IMG/VR virus record: IMGVR_UViG_3300043777_000173
Location: 4,302 to 68,301 of that record
DNA length: 64,000 nucleotides
From: a virus
Reading direction: 5' to 3' (one strand)
This document shows, piece by piece, positions 45,323-53,769 of this stretch (position 1 is the stretch's first letter; every line of letters begins with the position of its first letter). The notes under the pieces were generated by a model. The model was not told the origin of the DNA. It worked only from the letters and a program-made list of their open reading frames with translations, and did not search any database. A program made the translations under genes and the position numbers.

Positions 45323-45794
45323 TTGTTATCGGCGATCCTCTCCATTTAGTAATTCCAAACTTCCCACCGATCCAATGTAAAGCATGATTGCCTATTAAAT
45401 CAATTCGAGTCCAATTCCGAGATTTAACCAAAGGCAATACATGGTTGCGGATGCACTGCTTAATGGCAAGTTCTCCGTCTACTTTCGTGATGTAGGACCT
45501 TGCTTCCGAACTTGAAGGAAAAAGGTTATCAGGAGGACGACAGCTAAGGCAATTAGTGATCGTGAGCCCATCGCGGGGAATTCCTGCCGATCTAAGGAGA
45601 TTGTTGAAGACTCGTCCGGAGCCGCCCACAAGAGGCTGCCCCTCGACAGCCTCCTGCTCACCAGGAGCTTCCGCAATTACTAGACGAACTAAATCCCTGG
45701 CGGGATTGGGAAGCTGCGGCTCAACGAAGCGATTGTTGGGGAACAACCGCTGCATTGGGCATCCGTCGCACTTCCTATTTTCTGAGACGTTCAG
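45285..45794 (-). CDS. family-4 uracil-DNA glycosylase-like N-terminal fragment
   Basis: AEAPGEQE, PLVGGSG, TNCLSCRPPDN; CDGC Fe-S ligands lie upstream of ATG 45755, implying a CTG start at 45794; lacks the HPS motif. Confidence 0.85.
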   Translation of the reverse strand: MNVSENRKCDGCPMQRLFPNNRFVEPQLPNPARDLVRLVIAEAPGEQEAVEGQPLVGGSGRVFNNLLRSAGIPRDGLTITNCLSCRPPDNLFPSSSEARSYITKVDGELAIKQCIRNHVLPLVKSRNWTRIDLIGNHALHWIGGKFGITKWRGSPITIDTNEIEQRVRD

Positions 45795-45929
45795 TTACTT
45801 CGAGCCTCGGGTGACCGGCGCTTTAGGATGCTTGCTGTTGTAGATTGCCGCGGTCTTGCTCTTGGCTTTCTGATCGCTCATCCCCTCGGACTTGAACTTG
45901 TCTCGCATTGCTGTGTACTGCTTGGGCAT
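45795..45929 (-). CDS. small basic protein (44 aa)
   Basis: MPKQYTAMRDKFKSEGMSDQKAKSKTAAIYNSKHPKAPVTRGSK; GGAG RBS. Confidence 0.55.
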   Translation of the reverse strand: MPKQYTAMRDKFKSEGMSDQKAKSKTAAIYNSKHPKAPVTRGSK

Positions 45930-46260
45930 GATCTTTCTCCCTCCACTTTGTAATTCGACTTACCAAGTAACCAAGATGATATGCGACCAATTCCTCTTCC
46001 GCGCTCGCGCCAGAGAACTTGAGCAGAGCCACGATAGCATGATACGCCTCGTGCGCAACCGTTTCAGCGTCTGGGGTGTGATTAAATACGCAGGTACAAC
46101 CAGAAGAGTTTATCGCGGTGTAAGCTTCTTCACTGCCATCATCTGATGGCAGGACGTGCTTCGCTCTCTTTGCTTCCTTATGAATATCATCACAAAAAAC
46201 GATTTTAACGGGATAGTTCCCGAAGACCGGAAATCGAAGTTTATGACGAAAGGTTTTCAT
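45823..46260 (-). CDS. HExxH metallopeptidase-like protein
   Basis: TVAHEAYHA...EELVAY. Confidence 0.6.
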   Translation of the reverse strand: MKTFRHKLRFPVFGNYPVKIVFCDDIHKEAKRAKHVLPSDDGSEEAYTAINSSGCTCVFNHTPDAETVAHEAYHAIVALLKFSGASAEEELVAYHLGYLVSRITKWREKDHAQAVHSNARQVQVRGDERSESQEQDRGNLQQQAS

Positions 46261-46265
46261 CTGGA

Positions 46266-46297
46266 AGAAAAGGCAGGGCCAGTTTCGACCCTGCCTT
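46266..46297 (-). terminator. intrinsic terminator after the SSB-like gene
   Basis: AAGGCAGGG/CCCTGCCTT stem followed by TTCT on the - strand. Confidence 0.65.
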
Positions 46298-46317
46298 GCG
46301 CACTTTTGCCTAAAGAA

Positions 46318-46710
46318 CTATGCCGCTGGCTTTACTGACATGGTTTGAAGATTACTCCTCTTCACGCCCGTCTTGTCATCCTTGTTGACGATCTTCGAAG
46401 AGAACAGACTGCCGGAGATACGGTTGAGGACCGCCGGGCCATCCTCCCCCTCTTCAACATCGTTACCAGTCGCCACAACGAGGCGCTTCAGAGCGGGAGC
46501 CGCCCAGTTATATTCATCAGGATTCGGATAGCTGAAGCTAACTCGCTTCCCCTTGAATTCACCATCTGAGACGATCGTCGCCGAAGCGAAGATTCCCCCA
46601 AACTCGTTGTACTTCGCGCCTGGATTTAACTGGAAGGTATAAACGCCATCTGCGACTAGGTTTAGATCACTGGGGTTGATTTTAGAAAGGTCTATGTTTG
46701 TCCAGCCCAT
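46318..46710 (-). CDS. single-stranded DNA-binding-like protein (DUF669-like)
   Basis: DGVY...IVSDGEFKGKRV OB-fold-like pattern; follows the AAA recombinase gene. Confidence 0.6.
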   Translation of the reverse strand: MGWTNIDLSKINPSDLNLVADGVYTFQLNPGAKYNEFGGIFASATIVSDGEFKGKRVSFSYPNPDEYNWAAPALKRLVVATGNDVEEGEDGPAVLNRISGSLFSSKIVNKDDKTGVKRSNLQTMSVKPAA

Positions 46711-46761
46711 GAATTAAGTGTTCCTCTTTTGATTGAATTTGCAGCAAGCCCTGCTGCACTG

Positions 46762-46793
46762 GTTTAGATACCGACTAGCGTCAGTATATTACA
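46762..46793 (-). promoter_or_regulatory. ECF-type promoter P4
   Basis: TGTAAT-N16-GTATCTAAAC. Confidence 0.78.
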
Positions 46794-46799
46794 AAAATT

Positions 46800-46928
46800 T
46801 TTGCCCGGATAGGTTATTGGGCTTGTTGGAGAGGAACTCCTCGCGCCTGTTGTCAACGGGGTGGAGACAGAGCAGGTCTTTGTAAATTCCCTCCGCATCC
46901 TTTTTCTTGCGATGCCTATCCGGGCAAA
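46800..46928. ncRNA. structured element closed by a 14-bp inverted repeat, containing a split copy of the 23-bp motif
   Basis: TTTGCCCGGATAGG (46800) / CCTATCCGGGCAAA (46915); internal hairpins; CTCCTCGC-N10-AACGGGGT at 46837-46862. Confidence 0.5.
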
Positions 46929-47374
46929 CTTGTTGAAGCAATAGCATATTGACTTAAATAATCAATTGCCATGTTCAAATTCGTAAAATTGTCTTTAAAC
47001 ATCCCGAGTCCTGAATTACAATTCGAGCATAACAACCCTCGAATACATTTTCCACAAGACTTTTCTCCGGGACAACAACTATGATCGTGATCGACTTTCA
47101 AGAACTTTCCGGGGGCTGGAGGCAAATAACACACCGCGCATACACCGTACTGCTTTTCCAGAAGAAAATTGTATCCATCAACGGTCAAATGATACATTCG
47201 CTTCAGATAACTTGCGCGATGTCCGCCAATGGCCTGATAATGTTTCTGATATGCAATAACTTTATTGGGATTTGCTTCAGCCCATACCTTTGTTCGTGCA
47301 TAAATTTCTGTTCGATGTCGCTCGAAATAACGCCGATCTGTAGCTTTCTTGGCTTCACTCCGCATAGGCAGCAC
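46916..47374 (-). CDS. endonuclease VII-family HNH nuclease
   Basis: QYGVCAVC...VDHDHSCCPG..SCGKCIRGLLCSNCNSGLG. Confidence 0.9.
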   Translation of the reverse strand: MLPMRSEAKKATDRRYFERHRTEIYARTKVWAEANPNKVIAYQKHYQAIGGHRASYLKRMYHLTVDGYNFLLEKQYGVCAVCYLPPAPGKFLKVDHDHSCCPGEKSCGKCIRGLLCSNCNSGLGMFKDNFTNLNMAIDYLSQYAIASTSLPG

Positions 47375-48161
47375 TTATTTTTGTAAGTAAAGCCGGAAAG
47401 GTTCCTTGCCCGGTTGCAAAGTCAACGATCTCTTCCGCATCAAGAACCTGTTTTCCTTTCACATGCGCACGACATTTGGCAATAACTCCAGGCACAGGCG
47501 CACATTGAAAGTAACGTTGAAGATAGCGAGACTTTGCATCGGCGGGATTCTTCAATAAAGAACGGACGCGCAACCGTAAAACGAAATCGAAGAGACTAGG
47601 CGCAGCTAAAAACAACTGTCCTGCGAGATCGGGGCCAACTAGGGATTCAGTCCCAGGTGCATCGTTATCTGATGGTCTATCAAATTTCTCGTGGGCCATG
47701 ACCAGTATGTGCTTATCAGGATTGGCATTTATCAAAACGACCAGCGTCTTTCGTACAATCTCCATCATGACCATGTAGTCTCGTTTTTCCGCAACACCAT
47801 ATTTACTACGAGACTCCATACCACTCATGGGGATAGCGAGCGCGGCATCCTTGACTAATGTTTTTGCCATGGTAGACAAATTGTCGAGAACAAGGATTTT
47901 CTTAGTCGGGAAGACTTCCCCTTTGACAAACTTTTCTAAGTCGGAAAGATTGGCTGGCTCGATATACTCAAACGGACGTTCACAAATTGGCAGAAGCCCA
48001 GAGCCGGTGCCTAAATCACAAGCTGCGATTCCAGTGTCTTCAGGCGGGCAGGAACCAACCCAAGACGTTTTACCAACGCCGGGCATCGAGTACACAAGGC
48101 CGACGAACCTAAACTGTTTGGGATCAACTAATTGGCGGGTGTTCTTGACTACAATGCTCAG
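47355..48161 (-). CDS. AAA_24/Sak4-like ATPase
   Basis: YSMPGVGKT, LVLDNLS, VMAHE; probable CTG start at 48161 with GAGGA RBS. Confidence 0.8.
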   Translation of the reverse strand: MSIVVKNTRQLVDPKQFRFVGLVYSMPGVGKTSWVGSCPPEDTGIAACDLGTGSGLLPICERPFEYIEPANLSDLEKFVKGEVFPTKKILVLDNLSTMAKTLVKDAALAIPMSGMESRSKYGVAEKRDYMVMMEIVRKTLVVLINANPDKHILVMAHEKFDRPSDNDAPGTESLVGPDLAGQLFLAAPSLFDFVLRLRVRSLLKNPADAKSRYLQRYFQCAPVPGVIAKCRAHVKGKQVLDAEEIVDFATGQGTFPALLTKISAAYAE

Positions 48162-48370
48162 GAGATTTCCTCTTTGTTTTCAACGGGATAGCAGTCGATA
48201 TTCAGAATCTCGCTATCCGTCTCGGTGCCCTCTTCGCCGTCGTTGAGCCAATCCTCAGCTACCTGCTCGGCTTCCTCGGGGCTATTAACATCTTCAACTA
48301 CATATTGTCGAGTTATAACCTCTTCGATCTCGACTATGTAGTTATGCTTCACTTCCTGTTCTTCACTCAT
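48158..48370 (-). CDS. small acidic protein
   Basis: YIVEIEE...SPEEAEQ pattern. Confidence 0.55.
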   Translation of the reverse strand: MSEEQEVKHNYIVEIEEVITRQYVVEDVNSPEEAEQVAEDWLNDGEEGTETDSEILNIDCYPVENKEEIS

Positions 48371-48400
48371 TTAGACCCCCATTAGCTCTAGGATATTACA
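48369..48400 (-). promoter_or_regulatory. ECF-type promoter P6 (variant)
   Basis: TGTAAT-N16-GGGTCTAAAT. Confidence 0.45.
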
Positions 48401-48408
48401 AAGAAAAA

Positions 48409-49032
48409 TCACTCAACTCCATCTAAATGTTTAATCGCTAACTCGTTGAGGCAGTAGAACTTACAGCCCCTAACTTCGGCTTGCCAATCCCGATGATAAT
48501 GTCCGAAGAACCAATGTTTTGGCTGATGGGCGTCAAACATCCGTCGGAGGAGATCGGCGGTCGTGCTTTGAGTCGAACCCCACTTTTCCGGGCGAAAGCC
48601 ACCATCCCGGAGAAGCATCTCCCCGATTTTTGAGGGGGCGTCATGTGAAGCGACAATTCGCGGCTTAGCCTCGATATAAGCTTCTAAAGCAGCCTCACGT
48701 TGATCGTGGTTCAGTTGTTCATTAAACCACCATGATACACCAGGTTGTCGCCATTGCCAGTCAATCGAATAAGCTCCGCCAATCACAAAAACAGAGTTCC
48801 ACTTCCCGAACTCCCCTGCATAATTGTTATGGATTCGGCACAAATCCGGCGAGTCATGGTTCCCGCGAATGAAGCCGAACAACGGTTTTTGGTTAGGAAG
48901 AAATACGCCTTGAAAACCAAGTCCCATATCCCCTAGTTGGAGAACGAAATCCGACTCATTACAACGCCGCTCTAAGAGCGGAAGCAAAATATCAATTTTT
49001 CCGTGGCAATCCCCAATAAATGTGTACTTCAT
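48409..49032 (-). CDS. metallophosphoesterase
   Basis: GDCHG, LGDMG, RGNHD, SHDAP, FGHYH. Confidence 0.88.
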   Translation of the reverse strand: MKYTFIGDCHGKIDILLPLLERRCNESDFVLQLGDMGLGFQGVFLPNQKPLFGFIRGNHDSPDLCRIHNNYAGEFGKWNSVFVIGGAYSIDWQWRQPGVSWWFNEQLNHDQREAALEAYIEAKPRIVASHDAPSKIGEMLLRDGGFRPEKWGSTQSTTADLLRRMFDAHQPKHWFFGHYHRDWQAEVRGCKFYCLNELAIKHLDGVE

Positions 49033-49772
49033 AGTTTTTTGAACTCTTTTTCGATTTGCTGCGCCCGGCGATAGAGATCGAGGGCGCCAAGAAACCCTTT
49101 CTTATCAAGGCGATAGGTGGAACGAGGGAAGTAGTGGGGCTCAACCGAGCCGTCCTCCGCGATCCGAACTAGATAACGACCTTCGATGGGCTGATCTGGG
49201 TGTTCCTCTTCCCATGCGAGCTGATATGCGGCGGTTTGGAGGCGGAATTCAGGGTAGATGGACTTCGAGGTTTTCCAGTCTAGGAGAACTAAAGAATCTT
49301 CTTGTCGTGCAAGTGCGTCCAGAGTCCCTGAATAGCGATGTCGGCGCGAGTAGACGCGACGTTCGATTCCGTCGATCCTAAAGGCGCGAAGAAACTCCTG
49401 TAAAGGTGCAAGGCTTCGTAGTCCTTCTTCACCTGTTCCTTTAAGTACCGATTCAATGCTTCGATGCGTCTCAGTGCCCCGAGCGGCGGCTTCGGACTTG
49501 AGGACACTACTAGCCTTACGTGCAGCTCCCCATACAGCTTCGAGATAAGTTTCGGCATATTCCGTTCCCGGAGCAACCGCTCCCTTGCAAACATCCAATG
49601 TCGCATTTACGGCCCACGGGATCAGCGCAGGCTTGTTGAGAATCCCGATGACCGCAGTCACGCTCGGGACCTTATACTTCCGGCCTTTAGATATTACTCG
49701 GTATTGATGGCGGGCAGGATCGAATTCTAATATGATCTCGCCGACATACAGCTCAGTTCGCTCGATCACCAA
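49029..49772 (-). CDS. PD-(D/E)XK exonuclease
   Basis: PSVT, RGTETH, GTLD, LLDWKTS, QTAAY. Confidence 0.85.
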   Translation of the reverse strand: MVIERTELYVGEIILEFDPARHQYRVISKGRKYKVPSVTAVIGILNKPALIPWAVNATLDVCKGAVAPGTEYAETYLEAVWGAARKASSVLKSEAAARGTETHRSIESVLKGTGEEGLRSLAPLQEFLRAFRIDGIERRVYSRRHRYSGTLDALARQEDSLVLLDWKTSKSIYPEFRLQTAAYQLAWEEEHPDQPIEGRYLVRIAEDGSVEPHYFPRSTYRLDKKGFLGALDLYRRAQQIEKEFKKL

Positions 49773-49863
49773 GCTCCGTGGTCAAAGGCCTTGAACAACA
49801 CCTCAATCAACCAAATGAGAACCGCCCCCACGAGAATTCCACAGACAAATCCAGCCATGAAGA

Positions 49864-50127
49864 TCATCGTGGTGTTCCATATCCCCCGGCCATTTGGCCG
49901 AAGCTCGTCAAACAAACATGCGTGGACTCGGTTACCCCGCAATCCGGACAGGGTTTCGAACCCCGTTCTTTGCGAGGAGATAATTCAAGTTCTAATCGCG
50001 CGGAATTCTGTAAAGCTAATCGTTTTTCAGGCGTATCTGCGTCATGCACCGAGAGATTGGAAAAATCTCCTTCTGCTACGTTTTGCAGCACTGCTCGTCG
50101 TCCGGCTTCATATTCCCATTGGCTCAT
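49864..50127 (-). CDS. hypothetical protein
   Basis: coupled ORF containing motif copy 11; CPDC. Confidence 0.45.
   Translation of the reverse strand: MSQWEYEAGRRAVLQNVAEGDFSNLSVHDADTPEKRLALQNSARLELELSPRKERGSKPCPDCGVTESTHVCLTSFGQMAGGYGTPR
49957..49979 (+). repeat. dispersed 23-bp motif copy 11
   Basis: CGAACCCCGTTCTTTGCGAGGAG. Confidence 0.92.
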
Positions 50128-50411
50128 ACTTCCTCCCTATCCGGGCCACCATAATTCCAGTCGCCCGGAAGTTTCTCCAGCTTGCTAATGCACCCAATCG
50201 GAATCGAGAAGTCATCAATCGAGGCCCCCCGGTTATCCAGACTGGTCGTAATTGTTAAGCAATCCGGGTTAAGCTGGACCACAAACCCGATGCTCCGGAT
50301 ATATCCTGGTGTCCTCGGGGTTTTGGGGCTATAGGTCCACCCCATGGCCGACTTCGAGTCGGCCCACTCAACCATTACACTATTGCCTAGTTTTAGTTCT
50401 GGGATTATCAA
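50124..50411 (-). CDS. hypothetical phage protein
   Basis: VEWADS...SIGF...IPIGCI pattern; AGGAG RBS downstream of P5. Confidence 0.65.
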   Translation of the reverse strand: MIIPELKLGNSVMVEWADSKSAMGWTYSPKTPRTPGYIRSIGFVVQLNPDCLTITTSLDNRGASIDDFSIPIGCISKLEKLPGDWNYGGPDREEV

Positions 50412-50437
50412 TGGTTACTCCTGGAAGGCAGGTACCT

Positions 50438-50469
50438 GTTTAGATACCTGAAAGGGCGAGGATATTACT
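50438..50469 (-). promoter_or_regulatory. ECF-type promoter P5
   Basis: AGTAAT-N16-GTATCTAAAC. Confidence 0.75.
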
Positions 50470-50728
50470 AACCGAGGATTATTTCTAACTCAAAGAAGCC
50501 GAGACTTAGGTCAAGGACCAGCGTCCGAGTGGACTTGAAGCCTCGCTCCAGGCACAGGAAAATCCCCAATGCGGGATTTTTGTCACGTCGCAGGCTGATA
50601 TACAACCAATTGTTGTTGTAAACCCACATGTTAACTCCTTTAAACAGTAGTGTGTCTCTTGTCACGGGGTTTTACCCACTCGAACATACATGACAAGAGA
50701 GACATATTATGATAGATATTATTAGTAT

Positions 50729-50878
50729 CTAATCAAAACCTAATTCCTTGGCATCCTCGATATCCAAGTCGTGGCAAAAGTGCGGGCAGACCACCGGATC
50801 ACAATTCAAATCCTCGCACTTTGAACATGTTACCCCATCGAGGCAAATCATCAGTTCTATTGGCTTCTTTTTCATCAT
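50729..50878 (-). CDS. small Cys-rich protein (49 aa)
   Basis: MMKKKPIELMICLDGVTCSKC...; RBS supplied by motif copy 12. Confidence 0.45.
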   Translation of the reverse strand: MMKKKPIELMICLDGVTCSKCEDLNCDPVVCPHFCHDLDIEDAKELGFD

Positions 50879-50880
50879 AT

Positions 50881-50903
50881 CCCCTCGCCTAGAACGGGGT
50901 TAG
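50881..50903 (-). repeat. dispersed 23-bp motif copy 12
   Basis: CCCCTCGCCTAGAACGGGGTTAG. Confidence 0.92.
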
Positions 50904-51118
50904 GTCCCCGCATCCCTCTTGTGTCCAATATGCAGGTACTGGCAATTCATGCACAGGTAAAGCTCCAAGTTCTCCGGGTCATGGTAACGAGTCGTGTCCT
51001 TCTGGGCAGCCAGGAGGTAGGCCGGGGCCTCCTCAAGGCTGAGTCGTAACTTCCGGTGGCAGTTCTTCCGGTGGGAGCGGAGGCGGGTTTTGATGCTCAT
51101 AACCCCAACTGCTCCCAT
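50900..51118 (-). CDS. small Zn-finger protein
   Basis: CHRK...YLCMNCQYLHIGH. Confidence 0.6.
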   Translation of the reverse strand: MGAVGVMSIKTRLRSHRKNCHRKLRLSLEEAPAYLLAAQKDTTRYHDPENLELYLCMNCQYLHIGHKRDAGT

Positions 51119-52071
51119 CTTCCCCGGAAATCCACGTCCGGATCAACCTGTAAGTGCCGGAGGCCCCTCTCAAGGAGCTTCTCCGAGGCCCTCGCGGCAT
51201 TCACATCCTTGCTCTTGTACTGCGTGAGCCACCCCTCGAAGGCGGCGAAGTTATCGCAATTGCGGAGCTTCTCAATGGTCCCTTCGGGATCAGCCGCTGC
51301 GAGCTTCGCCGCCGTCAAGCACAAAAAGGCTACCTTCGGATCATAAAGCCAACTAGCCATCGTCCGATATTCCATGTGACCATGGCAATCTCGTACATCC
51401 CCGTATGCTCCGTAATAATTCCCTTGTCCTTGAGCACTCGCTCGGCGAGCAGCACTCTCGCGTGAAGGCAGTATATCGAGGTGTTCAAGTGTCTTAGTGA
51501 GCGTGTCAAGTGCCTTTGTGACTTGCGCGCCACGCGCATTCAGCTCTCCTCCTAAAAGTGCCCCGCAGCCCTCCGGGGGCTTCCGAGTAAAACAGTTGAA
51601 ACCAAAATGGACATGGCCTCCGAGGCAATCGCGATTACAGATTGCTCCTGCGCGGAGCCTGCCGGGAGCCACGGCCTTGGCTTTCTCCACTAAGGACTGA
51701 ATCTTCTTGATGATCGGGAACACCCCTCGGGTGGGTTCGGGGCGAAACTCCGCTACTCTTCCCCCATGATCATATCCAATCTCTCCGTGAAGCGGGAAAT
51801 AAGTGCTCGCAGCGACTGTTCCTCCTTCTCCATTCAGGAGCATGAACTCCGGGTCACACCCGACTTTGAAATCATTTATCATGTTGCCTTCTTCGTCCTC
51901 AACAGGGTCGGCCGGTTGTCCGCCGCAGAGATTACCCATAACTGGTACAGCCATTGGAAGAGGATTTTGTGCGACCGCCTGCCCTAAATCGATTAAGCGT
52001 ACATGGCCATACTGTCGGAGAAAACTAGCACTAACCCAATTGTAGCCAGCAAATTGGTTATATGGCGGCAT
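51097..52071 (-). CDS. phiEco32-like COOH-NH2 ligase type 2, paralog B
   Basis: VGCDPEF, AEFRP, GGHVHFG, RR...YG..GD.R, EYRT.ASWL. Confidence 0.85.
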   Translation of the reverse strand: MPPYNQFAGYNWVSASFLRQYGHVRLIDLGQAVAQNPLPMAVPVMGNLCGGQPADPVEDEEGNMINDFKVGCDPEFMLLNGEGGTVAASTYFPLHGEIGYDHGGRVAEFRPEPTRGVFPIIKKIQSLVEKAKAVAPGRLRAGAICNRDCLGGHVHFGFNCFTRKPPEGCGALLGGELNARGAQVTKALDTLTKTLEHLDILPSRESAARRASAQGQGNYYGAYGDVRDCHGHMEYRTMASWLYDPKVAFLCLTAAKLAAADPEGTIEKLRNCDNFAAFEGWLTQYKSKDVNAARASEKLLERGLRHLQVDPDVDFRGRWEQLGL

Positions 52072-52582
52072 CTCGCAATCTCTCCTTAAGCCTCGACCAC
52101 CTCACGATGGCCGCATTCCGGCTCACTCCAAGCGCCTCGCTGATCGTGTTGAAATCCTGCCCCTCGGCTACCAGCCTCAGCAACTTATGGTCATCTCCGT
52201 GTAGATCATTCAAAAGGGCAATCAAATCCAGCCTCGCGTCGAGGCCCTTCGGCTCCACGACCATCTCCTCTTCAAGGGAGGTCTCAAGTCGCTGCTTATA
52301 GTTCCTCAAATACCGATTGCACTCGTTAATTGCAATCCTATAGAACCACGTCGCAAACTGGCTCTCCCCCCGGAAGCCCTCAGCCTTATCCAAGGCCCTC
52401 CACACAATCCCATTCGCAAGCTGGTCAAAATCATCCTTATGATCCGGCAGTCTCTGCCAGCAAATGGCCTTCGCGTATCTCTCCAGTCTTTGTATCAGCA
52501 CCTGCAAGGCCCATTCCTTCGCCCGGCCCACTGATGATTTCCACTCGGCGTACGCGGGATTTACATCTAAGATGATCGGCAT
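52058..52582 (-). CDS. ECF-type RNA polymerase sigma factor
   Basis: region 2 FRGESQFATWFYRIAINEC; region 4 HTH ISEALGVSRNAA...RLKERLR. Confidence 0.88.
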   Translation of the reverse strand: MPIILDVNPAYAEWKSSVGRAKEWALQVLIQRLERYAKAICWQRLPDHKDDFDQLANGIVWRALDKAEGFRGESQFATWFYRIAINECNRYLRNYKQRLETSLEEEMVVEPKGLDARLDLIALLNDLHGDDHKLLRLVAEGQDFNTISEALGVSRNAAIVRWSRLKERLRDAAI

Positions 52583-52596
52583 AACTTGGGTCCAGT

Positions 52597-53085
52597 CTAC
52601 AAATTGCCTGTTGCACGCATCGAATCTGTCCAGCCACGACGGGCTTCATTCCGGGCGAGTATTTTCCAGAACTCGCTTGCTGGCTTAGTAAAGCCGCTCG
52701 ATAAATGAGCAAGTTCACCTGTATCGGATCGTACCCACCGAGTACCGTCACTAAGTAGGCCCTTAATCTTGGGAGCCACTTTCTCAGGAACGGGAGGATC
52801 GTCCCAGTAACCAACAGCCATCCCCGCGCAGCGCCAATCACCAAGGCGGCTCCAATCGCGGTGAACACTATACAAACGATAGCAGCCTTTCCTCCGGCTT
52901 TGCATACGGACCAAAATCTCGTCCCCGTGGCGAACGTTTCCTTTAATAACAAAGCGAGCATGGAAGTTATCCCCTCCCTCGAAACTGGCCCAGTGATCCT
53001 TCGTGGGCCTTGTAAAGTCAATCATGCAACGCAACGCGGGGAGCGGCTTCGGGGGGAACAACAACTCCTTCAAGAAGCGGAACAT
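52597..53085 (-). CDS. hypothetical protein
   Basis: GGAGG RBS. Confidence 0.5.
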   Translation of the reverse strand: MFRFLKELLFPPKPLPALRCMIDFTRPTKDHWASFEGGDNFHARFVIKGNVRHGDEILVRMQSRRKGCYRLYSVHRDWSRLGDWRCAGMAVGYWDDPPVPEKVAPKIKGLLSDGTRWVRSDTGELAHLSSGFTKPASEFWKILARNEARRGWTDSMRATGNL

Positions 53086-53279
53086 CCGGGACCTCCTCTC
53101 CGACGATTAGATCAGTCTTGAAGACCGGCAGGTCATCATGGAAACACTCTCGACAAGCGGGAAATACAGTCTTGCCTTCTCGAATCCAGATCGGCCTTAT
53201 GAAAGCCGCACACGCATCGCAGTACCAACCTGTTCCTCGGTTCTGGACACACTTGACTGTGCTTGCGCCCGGCGGGCGA

Positions 53280-53768
53280 TTACCATTCGTTGTCAACTCT
53301 TGGTGCTCGTTCTCTGAGTTCATTCTCCCTCGCTCTGATGCGCTCTGCAAGTCCGGCGACGCCCTCTGCAATTGGATTTTCAGGGGCAAATCGTACTTGT
53401 TGATTTCCTCGACCATAAATTGCTCCAGGTGGGGCGGGCTCCGGTGCAGCGTGCGGAATAGCCCACTCTCCTTGAAATGCTTGCAAGGGGGCCTCTCGTG
53501 GAACCGCCCTGTACCCAACAACCTGCTTCTTGACCTTCTTGCCAAGACCTAACGCCTGACAAATCTTCTTGTATCGGCTCCTCGACACTTTGATCCGCCT
53601 CGGCTCCCTCAAAATCCACAGCGGCGTGTGTAAAATCTGGGCGGCCTCGATTACTTCCTTGCGGGTTTTAACCGGAAGGCCTCGATAACTCGCCAGGACA
53701 TTGAATACATCCTTCCCGCCATACCACCCGCCGCCACATTTTACCACATATCGAATGTGCGAAGCCAT
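53280..53768 (-). CDS. hypothetical protein
   Basis: ATG right after the ATP-grasp stop with GGAG RBS. Confidence 0.5.
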   Translation of the reverse strand: MASHIRYVVKCGGGWYGGKDVFNVLASYRGLPVKTRKEVIEAAQILHTPLWILREPRRIKVSRSRYKKICQALGLGKKVKKQVVGYRAVPREAPLQAFQGEWAIPHAAPEPAPPGAIYGRGNQQVRFAPENPIAEGVAGLAERIRARENELRERAPRVDNEW

Positions 53769-53769
53769 G

